From Pseudomonadota bacterium (GTDB lineage: Bacteria; Bdellovibrionota; FAC87; UBA2466), in the NCBI GenBank assembly GCA_043767805.1, contig JAYUGC010000103.1, positions 1-29,485 of the forward strand: a stretch of DNA of 29,485 nt, read 5' to 3'. Position 1 is the first letter of the stretch. Every line of letters starts with the position of its first letter. Under the pieces are notes generated by a model that was not told where the DNA came from, ran no database searches, and saw only the letters and a list, made by a program, of their open reading frames with translations. A program made the translations under genes and the position numbers. Of the stretch, positions 1 through 8,534 are shown in pieces.

Positions 1-89
1 CAGGGGGCCGTACGTAGCTCCCCGTGGCACTTGTCGCAACGGTACTTGTGCCGCTTCTGCTCCACGACTAGGTACTGTTTGGGGATGAC
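1..89 (-). mobile_element. IS66-family transposase (TnpC) remnant, zinc-finger region; runs off the left edge
   Basis: Manual translation of the minus strand from 89 to 3 gives [29 protein letters not shown], matching the IS66 TnpC pattern P...V....R.KY.C..C......AP. The first CxxC of the finger is missing upstream, so the copy is 5'-truncated. Not in the ORF track. Confidence 0.7.
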
Positions 90-225
90 CGGACTGGGAC
101 CAGCTCGTTCTGAACAATTTTCTCGAGCTTTGCCGGGATCGGATTCCGCCCGCTTACTTAAGCCTGCTGCAGACGGAAACCAAAAAAAAAGTGGTTTGTA
201 TTTTCCCGAAACGGTGGGGCAAGCA

Positions 226-411
226 ATGAGCGATTGTCCCATCCTAGTTTTAGTCGCCAAGCCAGGTCTCGACGGCCACGATCGGGGAGCCAAGGTGCTG
301 GCCCATTCCCTGCGGGACGCCGGCATGGAAGTCATCTACACGGGACTGCATCAAACGCCTGAGATGATCGTGAACTCCGCCATCCAGGAGGATGTGGACG
401 TCATCTGCATC
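226..411 (+). pseudogene. Truncated cobalamin (B12)-binding domain, methylmalonyl-CoA mutase C-terminal-domain type
   Basis: [62 protein letters not shown] carries the DxHxxG motif. Similarity stops abruptly after 62 codons, where S-x-L-S-G-x-H is expected. Confidence 0.85.
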
Positions 412-667
412 AGGATTGTCCAAGTTGAAGTACGCCACTGCCGCTACGCTCAAACGATTCGGCGCGGCCATCGACAAGCTCGTGGCGGCGAGACTTTTTC
501 ACAACGATATCCACGTTGCGATTCTTCCGGACGGCTCTCTCAAATTCTACGACAACGATCTGGCCGCTCCCATGACCTTGCTGGGGCTTTCGCTCTTGGG
601 TTCCTCTGTTCAAGGGGACGATCAGACCCGGCCTTTTCTACTCCGGAGCGGCCGATGGTTTTCTTAA
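412..667 (+). pseudogene. Possible protein-kinase-like fragment (in the frame of ORF 392..667)
   Basis: [24 protein letters not shown] resembles the kinase catalytic loop (HxDxH) followed by a DFG-like segment. No N-lobe and no good start codon. Confidence 0.35.
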
Positions 668-699
668 GGAAATGTCTAAAAGAAGATCCGAGCTCTCCT

Positions 700-2241
700 C
701 TAGTCCGTGTGCGGTCTGAGCCGTGTGGAACGAAGCCATGAGAAGTAGACGCGCGCGAGCGTGTCGTTAGATCCGGTCCTGAGTCTTATATTCGTCCATT
801 TTTTCCAGCTTTCGAGCAAAGTACCGAATAGGTAAATCGCTATCCGATCGCGCGCGTAATCCGATTGATGGCTCATGAAAGTGGCCACCGGGGTATCGAT
901 GAGCATCGGAAACACACTCAGGCGAATGGTTTCGTTCATTTCCTGCCGGCTTATCTGAAAAAAGGAATAGTGGTCGGACCAGCAGGCGCGCCCGCATCCT
1001 TTTCTCGGCATTACCGCTACTCCGCCGTACACGAAGCCGTTTTCGATTTCGGTCGTCGCCGAATAGAGCGTTCCCCAGACTTGCCGCCAAGCCTCGTAAA
1101 GCGGCGGGTGGACCGGAAAAATACCGAAGTGAACCGGCGTGAGCTGGAAACGGGTCATGTAGGGCAAAACTCCGGATTTCGATGCCCACGCCTTGGATTC
1201 GTTCATCAGTGAAATAAGGTCCTTCACGGAAAGGGGAAGCACGCTTTGATGTTTCGGAAGGTGGTCGAACCAGAAAAACTGATCGCGGGCTTCGACGAGC
1301 GCCCGGTCTCCGGCTCGGTCGTCGAACGGAAATTCCCCGTACTGAGCTTCGTACCAGCCCGAATTGAAACCCAGATTGAAACGGAATCGTTCCCCTATGA
1401 GAGCCGAAAATCGGGCTTGAGTTCGTAGAATGGCCTCTACATCGACACGCTGGATTTTTACTTTCTGTTTCTTGGGGTCCGGATCCCAATTAGGCTGAAA
1501 GATATCGTCAATATCAATCCCGAGCCACCGGGAGGTCATTAACGGGAGAGGGGCCGGAGAGAGCCACCGCAAGGCATCTAGAAAAAGTAAATCCCCCACC
1601 CAGTAACGTACGAAATCGTGTCCGTTGAAAATCCGGCGGATTCCATCAAACCGACCCGGGTCCAGCATGAGGCTGGTTCCGGCCGTTCTTCTCGCGTCGG
1701 TTTGCAGCACGGACTGATAGGGCTTGCCTCCATGGAAGTGGACGCCCCAGCCGGGCAGCGCGGCTCCCGCTTCGTAAGCTGCCCGCGTAAGATAGAGCAC
1801 GGGTCCCGCGATCGCCCGGGGCGAAGTCATTGCCCCACGTGAGCCGGTCGTAAGTTCTCCCCCGTTCAACGAGGCATTGGCTTTTACGTAAAGGAAGTAG
1901 GCACCGACCCCATAGGTGCGGCAGTAGCGGTCGAGGACCGCTTTCTTTGAAGGGGAAAGGCTCGCGTACGCTCCATAGTCGGTGAATAGGAGAATGGAGT
2001 ACCGGCCGATGCCGCTCCGAACTAGGGTCGGGTTGCCATCGATGGGCGAGCTCTCGAATGGGAGATGCTGATTGGCCAGAATACCGGCTGCGTTCCGCGT
2101 GTAAGTATGGTGGCGCGGCACCTCTCCGCCATGGAGGATTAAGATTCTTGGTTCGACCTGGTAGGGGCCGGCCGTCAGACAAGCGGCCCCAACGAGCCCT
2201 GCTAAGGAAAGGAGTAAGCCCCATCGGTATGACCGGTTCAT
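700..2241 (-). CDS. Exported protein homologous to the N-terminal + N-deacetylase domains of heparan sulfate N-deacetylase/N-sulfotransferase (NDST); putative GlcNAc-glycan N-deacetylase, 513 aa
   Basis: Colinear motifs versus human NDST1 (recalled): [11 protein letters not shown]~[21 protein letters not shown]~DLGLHDGIQR, IDIDDIF~VDIDDIF, FRFNLGF~[17 protein letters not shown]~[25 protein letters not shown]~[27 protein letters not shown]~[20 protein letters not shown]~WTNLRLQT. Start placed at ATG 2241, which gives a hydrophobic signal or anchor and an ATGA overlap with the upstream ORF. Confidence 0.88.
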   Translation of the reverse strand: MNRSYRWGLLLSLAGLVGAACLTAGPYQVEPRILILHGGEVPRHHTYTRNAAGILANQHLPFESSPIDGNPTLVRSGIGRYSILLFTDYGAYASLSPSKKAVLDRYCRTYGVGAYFLYVKANASLNGGELTTGSRGAMTSPRAIAGPVLYLTRAAYEAGAALPGWGVHFHGGKPYQSVLQTDARRTAGTSLMLDPGRFDGIRRIFNGHDFVRYWVGDLLFLDALRWLSPAPLPLMTSRWLGIDIDDIFQPNWDPDPKKQKVKIQRVDVEAILRTQARFSALIGERFRFNLGFNSGWYEAQYGEFPFDDRAGDRALVEARDQFFWFDHLPKHQSVLPLSVKDLISLMNESKAWASKSGVLPYMTRFQLTPVHFGIFPVHPPLYEAWRQVWGTLYSATTEIENGFVYGGVAVMPRKGCGRACWSDHYSFFQISRQEMNETIRLSVFPMLIDTPVATFMSHQSDYARDRIAIYLFGTLLESWKKWTNIRLRTGSNDTLARVYFSWLRSTRLRPHTD

Positions 2242-2540
2242 AAAAACCCGAGCTCGAGAATCTGCCGTTTGAGCGCCGGAGCGCAGGTGAAGAAACTCGT
2301 TTCGCGCAAGTCTTGCGTGCCAGTGAACGAGAACCATTCACTGCCGGCCTCTTCGATGAGGCGTCCCACCAGCGTGCCGAAGAGCGGGATGCCGCGGATA
2401 AAGCTGCGGGTGCCGTTGACCGGAGTCATGTTCTCCTTCATCTCGATGAGGATCGGCGTGCGAAAATACTGGAGAGCGGTGTGCGAGGCATTTTCCGCAA
2501 TGTAGACGACTTCCTGAACCAGTTCGGCGTAATCAGACAT
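2238..2540 (-). pseudogene. Inositol-monophosphatase-family (HisN-like) remnant with two in-frame internal deletions, 100 aa
   Basis: The N-terminus (ALQYFRTPILIEMKENMTPV), the central NGTRSFIRGIPLFGTL and the C-terminal LIEEAG blocks are joined directly. The GEE, DP(I/L)D and WD metal-binding segments are missing. Confidence 0.8.
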
Positions 2541-2583
2541 AGGCCTATTCTGGCCGAAAACCGCACGCCCCGGCAAATGCTTA

Positions 2584-3009
2584 TCAGTGATGGATGGGCC
2601 GCATAGCCGTGACTGGGATATTCCGGCCCTCTTTTCCGATTATGGTGAGATACGTCAATCCCGTAGTGGGGTTAGTCGAAAGAAAAAGCCGTCCCTCAAA
2701 CAGGGTAAACCATAAATCCAGTCCATTTGGTTCGCGCTGGATTTCGACACCACCCATTAAGCTAATCGCCGTTTCGCCCGTCCTTCCATTTTTAACCTCT
2801 TGTACAGCGCGGTGGATACCCCTGCGCACTTCTTTGGCATCTAAAAAAAGAATTTTATCAGGCCTAGATCCCGAAATTGTGGGTTCCACAACTTTGGAAG
2901 CAATAGAATTTGGATCTCCATATTCTTGCCATAGCTTTTCAAAAGCTTCCGAATTCAATATATGTTGCTCATTTGAAGCCAAATCGAGTTTGAGGGCAAC
3001 TCGGCCCAA
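2584..3009 (-). CDS. Hypothetical protein or gene fragment in an AT-richer segment
   Basis: 141-aa ORF with a TTG start. The segment is visibly more AT-rich than its flanks. No family recognised. Confidence 0.4.
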   Translation of the reverse strand: MGRVALKLDLASNEQHILNSEAFEKLWQEYGDPNSIASKVVEPTISGSRPDKILFLDAKEVRRGIHRAVQEVKNGRTGETAISLMGGVEIQREPNGLDLWFTLFEGRLFLSTNPTTGLTYLTIIGKEGRNIPVTAMRPIHH

Positions 3010-3057
3010 TTCAAAGGCCTAACATCCGGCATTATCGAGAAAGAACCCAAGATCGGA

Positions 3058-4251
3058 TCAGGGGCGGTAGAGGAACTTCAAGGCTTGCCCCAGCCGGGCG
3101 CCCCACGAGCTTTCGTGGTGAATGCCACCCTTGGCGACGAAGGCCGAGAGGTCGCGGGAAGATATGATCCGGTTTTGCAGCATGAGCTGCTCCGCCATCT
3201 TCAACTCTTGCACGCCGTTTCTAAACTTCACGGCGCCGTCATCAAAGCCTTCGCGGTCGCCCATGTCCATCCAGAGGCGGTCGGGTGTCTGGGAGAAGGG
3301 GGCCTGGAAAAGATTCAAGATACAGCGGTTGCTCCACCAGAGCGCCGGCGACATGGCGAGAAAGCGAGAGAAGGTGGCGCCAAAGTGCTTGGCCGTGAAT
3401 AGCGTGAAGCTTCCTCCAAAGGAGGAGCCCATGAGCGCCGTGTTCTTGCGATCGGGAAGGGTGCGATAGAGCTTATCGATCATCGGCTTCACTTCGCCGC
3501 CCAGAAAACGCGCATACTCTTCGCCCATGGGACCACGGCTCAAAGGATCTTTGCAGGACAGATATTCGTCCGCTCGCTTAGCCGTGTTGTAGACGCCGAC
3601 CACGATGAACGGCGGCAGTTCTTGCCGGGCGAACAAGGTATTTAATGTCTCGTCCATGCCCCACTCGGCGCCGTAAGCGGAGGTGGCCTTGTCGAAAAGA
3701 TTGTTGCCATCCAAGGCGTAGAGCACGGGAAAGCGTTTCGAGGTCTGCGTGAAATATTCCGCGGGAAGCAAGACGGCGAGGCTGCGGTAATTTCCAAACG
3801 CGGCCGAATAAAGATCGTGGTGATAGTAGACGTTCAGCGCGGCGGTTTGCGGAACGGGGTGGGGCACCTTCAGGCGAAAGTTCTCCACCTTCACTGGGAC
3901 CGTACAGCTCTGTAAGCAACTGAACGTCCGGTTGGATCGTTCCTTACCATTCGCCAGGGTCTCGCCGTGATTCCAATCCCCGAGGTTTACCTTGAACTCG
4001 ATGGGATAAGCCATGGGGACACGGACCGTGGCCGATAAGCGATTGCCCCGGCTACGAATGAGCTGAACAGTATTGGGAACCCAGTCTCCGAGACTCTTGT
4101 GATTGCCCGCCAGATAAGCGCGCCCCACGGTATTGAATTGCTGCGGAAGCTGGACGTCGAACGTAACCAGAATTTCTGGAGAGGCAGCTCCACAGGGCAA
4201 AACCCAGAGGGTGATCGCCAACAGCAGAGCTGCCTTTAGTGAAGTCACCAA
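3058..4251 (-). CDS. Secreted alpha/beta-hydrolase (putative esterase) with N-terminal CBM20-like carbohydrate-binding domain
   Basis: Signal peptide; YLAGNHKSLGDW...IEFK (CBM20-like); FPVLYALDGNNLF, nucleophile GSSFGG and C-terminal HHESSW of the IroE/Fes-type esterase family. Confidence 0.85.
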   Translation of the reverse strand: MVTSLKAALLLAITLWVLPCGAASPEILVTFDVQLPQQFNTVGRAYLAGNHKSLGDWVPNTVQLIRSRGNRLSATVRVPMAYPIEFKVNLGDWNHGETLANGKERSNRTFSCLQSCTVPVKVENFRLKVPHPVPQTAALNVYYHHDLYSAAFGNYRSLAVLLPAEYFTQTSKRFPVLYALDGNNLFDKATSAYGAEWGMDETLNTLFARQELPPFIVVGVYNTAKRADEYLSCKDPLSRGPMGEEYARFLGGEVKPMIDKLYRTLPDRKNTALMGSSFGGSFTLFTAKHFGATFSRFLAMSPALWWSNRCILNLFQAPFSQTPDRLWMDMGDREGFDDGAVKFRNGVQELKMAEQLMLQNRIISSRDLSAFVAKGGIHHESSWGARLGQALKFLYRP

Positions 4252-4257
4252 AATGTT

Positions 4258-5589
4258 TTAGTCGCCTTCGACCACGCCGTAGTACGTGAGGCCCAAGTGG
4301 TTGATGAGCTCTTCGCCGCCTAAGAACCGGAGCGTGTTGTGGAGCTTCAACTGCTGGACCATTAGGTCGTGCTCGGGCTTGAGGCCCGGGCCGGCCAAGG
4401 GTCCTTTGAAGTAGAAGGACAACCACTCCTGGATGCCGTGGAAATCGCTGCGAGCCGCGAGATCCAGGAACAGCGCCAAGTCGAGTACGAGAGGCGCGGC
4501 GAGGATGCTGTCACGGCAAAGGAAGTTCACCTTGATCTGCATTGGGTAGCCGAGCCAGCCGAAGATGTCGATGTTGTCCCAGCCCTCTTTATTGTCGCCA
4601 CGGGGCGGGTAGTAGTTGATCTGAACCTGGTGGTGGACCTTGCCGTAGAGCTCCGGGTAGGTCTGGGGCTCGAGGATTTGGTCGAGTACGCCGAGCTTGG
4701 TGACTTCCTTACTCTTGAAAGAGCCTGGATCCGCGAGCACTTCCCCGTCCCGGTTACCGAGAATATTGGTGGAGTACCAGCCGTTGAGGCCCAAGAGACG
4801 GGCCTTGATGCCGGGCGCGAGCAGCGTCTTCATCAAAGTTTGGCCGGTCTTGAAGTCGGAACCGCAAATCGGAACACGCATCTCGCGGGCGAGGTGCTGC
4901 AGGGCGGGGACTTCCACGCTGCGGTTCGGAGAACCGTTCGCGTAGGGCACGCGCTCTTTGATCGCGGCGTACGTGTAAATCTGAGAAGGCGAAATGTTCG
5001 GATCGCTGTCCTCGAGGCCTTTTTCGAAAGCCGCGATGCTTTCGTGGCACTCGGAAGGCGTCGTGTAGCGCTCGGTGCTCGCACACCAGACCATCACGAG
5101 ACGGTCGCAGTTCTTGTCTTTATTGAAATTGCGGATGTCCTGGCGGAGCTGTTCCGCGAGGTCACGCTTGTTCTTGCCGATCTTAACGTGGCTACCGTTG
5201 ATCTGCGTGATGTAGTTGGGATCGAAAACCGCCGACATGGGCTTGATGGTCTCGAGGGTGCCTTTGAGCTCCTGCACGAGATCTTTTTCGAGAACTTGGC
5301 TCTTCATGGCCGCGTCGTACGCGTTGTCTTCGAAAATGTCCCAGCCGCCGAAAACCAAGTCTTCGAGCTCCGCGAGAGGAACGAAATCTTTAATGGCAAC
5401 ATCGCGGTTTTCGATGCGCTTGCCGAGCCGCATGCGGCCCATCTGCGTGACGGAACCGATCGGTTTCGCGATGCCGCGGCGGACGGCTTCCACGCCGGCG
5501 ATTAAGGTCGTCGAGACGGCGCCCATTCCAGGCAACAAAATTCCCAGGCGGCCTTTGGCCGGGGCAATATTGGTTTTCGTCGGGCTCAT
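4258..5589 (-). CDS. ino1: myo-inositol-1-phosphate (inositol-3-phosphate) synthase
   Basis: GMGAVSTT Rossmann motif, VMVWCASTE, ANGSPN, GSDFKTGQT, NILGNRDG, YYPPRGDNKE, CRDSILAAP. Start at ATG 5589 after an AAAGGAG Shine-Dalgarno. Confidence 0.95.
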   Translation of the reverse strand: MSPTKTNIAPAKGRLGILLPGMGAVSTTLIAGVEAVRRGIAKPIGSVTQMGRMRLGKRIENRDVAIKDFVPLAELEDLVFGGWDIFEDNAYDAAMKSQVLEKDLVQELKGTLETIKPMSAVFDPNYITQINGSHVKIGKNKRDLAEQLRQDIRNFNKDKNCDRLVMVWCASTERYTTPSECHESIAAFEKGLEDSDPNISPSQIYTYAAIKERVPYANGSPNRSVEVPALQHLAREMRVPICGSDFKTGQTLMKTLLAPGIKARLLGLNGWYSTNILGNRDGEVLADPGSFKSKEVTKLGVLDQILEPQTYPELYGKVHHQVQINYYPPRGDNKEGWDNIDIFGWLGYPMQIKVNFLCRDSILAAPLVLDLALFLDLAARSDFHGIQEWLSFYFKGPLAGPGLKPEHDLMVQQLKLHNTLRFLGGEELINHLGLTYYGVVEGD

Positions 5590-5740
5590 GAAAGGCTCCT
5601 TTGAGCGGCGGTGGCGCACGACTCTTCCCTTGAAGGGTGTGCCGTCATCGATATACAAAGAGGCCAAGCTAGAGTTCACCGGGGCCAGCGGTCAAGCGGG
5701 AAGTTAGAATCGGTTTTTCCCGTAAAGTTCCTACACTTAC

Positions 5741-6694
5741 ATGACGACATCAGACGAAAGGAAACGCCGCCGCAGTCGACGGCCGAAGGTCACTCCGGCC
5801 CCCGTGCGCGAGGTCCCCACGGAGCCCACCGCCGCCCCCCGTCAGGGCTTCTTCCAGGCCGAGGATGGAACCCCCATTTACTTCGAAGTTCAGGGAAAAG
5901 GGCGTCCGCTGCTGCTTTGTTACGGACTGCTTTGCCGTAAGGATCATTGGCGGCATCAGATCGGCGAGTTCTCCAAGAACTATCAGGTCATCACCTTCGA
6001 TTATCGGGGGCATCAACGGTCGGGACGCCCGTCCAACGATCGCAATCTGTCCCTTCACTGGGTGGCGAAAGACATTCAAGGGCTCTTCGATCACTTGGGA
6101 TTGGAGGAAGTGGTGGGCTTCGGCCACAGTCTCGGCGTGCCGGTCCTGGCTCAGGCTCTCAGCCAGGAAAAGCGGTTCAAGGGAGCCGTGCTCATTTGTG
6201 GCGCGGTCACCAATCCCTTCAGGCACATGTTTTATACCGATCGCCTGAACGGGCTTTACCGTTTCACGGCCGCGGCCCACGAGCACGCACCGAAACTCGC
6301 GAGCTATTTCTGGAATAAGCTCACCAAGGTCAACTCGTTCAGCTATCAGCTCACTCGCCATCTCGGTTTCAATCCGGACACGGCCACCGAGCGAGACGTC
6401 ATCTCCTACATGGAAGGCGTTTCGGAAACGCCGTTCTCGGTCTTTCAAGCGTTCCTGCGCGATTACACGAATTACGACGGGCGAGGGGTATTGCCGAAAA
6501 TCAAGGTGCCCGTGCTCATCATCGCGGGGGAAGACGATCTCATCACGCCCGTTTATCTCATGGAAGAAATGGCGCGGCTTCTTCCCGCGGGCGAAATCGT
6601 GAAAGTGACACAAGCGAGTCACAATGCTCATATGGATTTTCCGAAAGAGGTAAACGATACTATCGACCACTTTCTGAAGAGGATCGGATACTGA
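5741..6694 (+). CDS. Alpha/beta-fold hydrolase
   Basis: DYRGHQRS, nucleophile GHSLG, GEDD acid and SH catalytic His. Confidence 0.9.
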   Translation: MTTSDERKRRRSRRPKVTPAPVREVPTEPTAAPRQGFFQAEDGTPIYFEVQGKGRPLLLCYGLLCRKDHWRHQIGEFSKNYQVITFDYRGHQRSGRPSNDRNLSLHWVAKDIQGLFDHLGLEEVVGFGHSLGVPVLAQALSQEKRFKGAVLICGAVTNPFRHMFYTDRLNGLYRFTAAAHEHAPKLASYFWNKLTKVNSFSYQLTRHLGFNPDTATERDVISYMEGVSETPFSVFQAFLRDYTNYDGRGVLPKIKVPVLIIAGEDDLITPVYLMEEMARLLPAGEIVKVTQASHNAHMDFPKEVNDTIDHFLKRIGY

Positions 6695-7512
6695 TGCGCC
6701 TAGTGTTACTGACCGCTCTCATCTGTCTCGCCGGCTGTACGCAAAGTCCCGTCGCTTCTTCTCCCAAAGCGCTGCTGCCGGGAACGGCGGAACTGACGAC
6801 CGATAGATTTTGGGAAGACCAGAAAGAGCGCACTGAAGAAGCCTCGCAGATTTCCGCCAAAGTGCGGGTGAGCTACCAGGGCAGGGGAGGAAAGAAAATC
6901 TCCGGCAATGGGCGGCTCGTTCTGCAGCCCGATTCCAAATTGCGTCTCGAGTTGCGCGATCCCCTGGGCCGGATCCATTATCTGGCGGCGCTCACCGACG
7001 GCCACTTCGCGGCTCACTACCCTCGCCAGAAACTGGCTTATGTCGACGATAGAGGCGGCGGCGCGTATGTTCTCGATTTCCTCGGAATCGATTTCAATTT
7101 CTCGGATCTCCACAGTCTTTTGCTCGGAATTCTACCGGGGCGTTTCGCGAAAGCCTCTTTCGAGGCGTGGCATTTCGATAAGCCGTCCAATACCTACCGC
7201 GGCCTGCTCACGGTGTCGGACTACCGGGTCTTGGCGACGGTGGACGCGAGCTCCGCTGCACTCAAAGCCTTGGAGCTCAGCTCGAAAGCTGGAAAAATCA
7301 CTTTGGATTATTCGTCGTTCGAGCCCTGCTGCCACGGCATGACGGCCTCTCGCTCGGTGCGCGTGGCTCAGGTGGTCGACTTGAAGCTCGATCGCGCGCG
7401 CACGTCGCTCTCCATCGAGTGGGAAAAAATCACGCCCCTCGAACAGGCCCGTCCAGAAGAGGTTTTTCGCCTGGAGATCCCGGAACAAGATCAGAAAATC
7501 GTTTTGAAGTAG
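6694..7512 (+). CDS. Lipoprotein, LolB/DUF4292-like
   Basis: LAGC lipobox; LRLELRDPLG motif typical of LolB-like folds; 1-bp overlap with the upstream gene. Confidence 0.65.
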   Translation: MRLVLLTALICLAGCTQSPVASSPKALLPGTAELTTDRFWEDQKERTEEASQISAKVRVSYQGRGGKKISGNGRLVLQPDSKLRLELRDPLGRIHYLAALTDGHFAAHYPRQKLAYVDDRGGGAYVLDFLGIDFNFSDLHSLLLGILPGRFAKASFEAWHFDKPSNTYRGLLTVSDYRVLATVDASSAALKALELSSKAGKITLDYSSFEPCCHGMTASRSVRVAQVVDLKLDRARTSLSIEWEKITPLEQARPEEVFRLEIPEQDQKIVLK

Positions 7513-7521
7513 AATACTGCG

Positions 7522-7983
7522 ATGGCCCTACCCAAGACGCGCGAACCGGTGCTTCCTTCCTTGGAGACGTTCCTATTCTCCGAGAAACTGCTCTCTCCGC
7601 AAAAGTCGGTGGAGTTATTGCGCTACATGTCGAGCGAGGAGCTGACGGCGGGATCGGCCGTCATGCGGCTTCGGTTGGTGACGCCCCAAATCTTAAGCGA
7701 AAAGCTCATGAAGCACTTCGGCATTCCGACGGTGAAAATCGAGTCCATAGGCGGGACCAAGATGCGGAAAGTTCTCACCGAGGACAAGGTCCGCGCCTGG
7801 CAATCCGTGCCCGTGGACTTCGTGGACGACAACGGCGTCCGCAAACTCATCTTGGGCATGACCGATCCGCTTCATCGGGCCATCCAGCAATCGGCCGAGA
7901 CGTTGACGCGACTGACGATCCAGCCCGCGTTTCTTACGTGGGAAGACTTCGAGACGATCTGCGCGACTTGGTTTGGAAAGTAA
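7522..7983 (+). CDS. Stand-alone GspE/PilB N-terminal (T2SSE_N, MshEN-like) domain protein
   Basis: Two helical repeats followed by HFGIPTV...VPV...LILGMTDP. No ATPase domain. Confidence 0.7.
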   Translation: MALPKTREPVLPSLETFLFSEKLLSPQKSVELLRYMSSEELTAGSAVMRLRLVTPQILSEKLMKHFGIPTVKIESIGGTKMRKVLTEDKVRAWQSVPVDFVDDNGVRKLILGMTDPLHRAIQQSAETLTRLTIQPAFLTWEDFETICATWFGK

Positions 7984-8009
7984 TCTTAATCCGCCACAGG
8001 CGTAGGCGG

Positions 8010-8459
8010 TTAATCCGCCACGCAGCGGCGCATCTTGAGAAGTACACTCAACGCTTCCCCGAGCTCGTCCGGGCAAAGCGGCGCGAGTAGCGTGTCGTAG
8101 AGACCCGCGGCGAAAGCGCGCTTTAAAAGCGGTCCGTCGGTCGCCGAGTCCGACGTGCGGATAAGCACGATGGGGGCGGTGAGCAGCCGGCTGATCTCCT
8201 CGATCGCGGCCACGGGTTCCGCCCATCCCAATTCCGATTCCATCAGAATCAAGTCAGGCTGCTTGGTGAGCAGGGCATGGCGAAAGCCAAGCTTCGAGCG
8301 AATGTCTTCTATCTCGAGAAACGTGTGCGATCCCAGCATGTCCAGCCAGGCGCCATCACGGCTCAGATAAAAGATCGGATGCGTCTCCGTCTCGTTTCGG
8401 CGAGTGCGGTATGCAGCCATTTCAATAACGTTGGCCAAAGGCGGTTGCCTAGTTCCCAC
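8010..8459 (-). CDS. Atypical (pseudo) receiver-domain protein
   Basis: QPDLILME, APIVLI and AFAAGLYDTLLAP follow the receiver fold, but the phospho-Asp and the conserved Lys are replaced. Confidence 0.7.
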   Translation of the reverse strand: MGTRQPPLANVIEMAAYRTRRNETETHPIFYLSRDGAWLDMLGSHTFLEIEDIRSKLGFRHALLTKQPDLILMESELGWAEPVAAIEEISRLLTAPIVLIRTSDSATDGPLLKRAFAAGLYDTLLAPLCPDELGEALSVLLKMRRCVAD

Positions 8460-8534
8460 GATCGTTCCCCCCGGTTTTCATTCTAAATAGACGGCCCGGG
8501 TCTGCAAGAGCGATTTTTGGAAAGGTAAGATTTC

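Noticed and set aside
31..741. 236-aa ORF as a complete B12-binding protein
   Set aside because: Only 226-411 resembles the family. The rest is read-through across unrelated fragments.
2242..2337. N-terminal extension of the NDST-like ORF (545-aa version)
   Set aside because: It overlaps the IMPase remnant in another frame. ATG 2241 gives a proper signal sequence and an ATGA coupling.
2238..2540. IMPase remnant as a CysQ/PAP phosphatase supporting a sulfotransferase pathway
   Set aside because: The surviving motif (GTRSFIRGIPLFGTL) is HisN-like, the catalytic segments are deleted, and no sulfotransferase is in the window.
4369..5505. 378-aa plus-strand ORF
   Set aside because: Antisense shadow of ino1, expected from GC-rich codon bias; no motifs.
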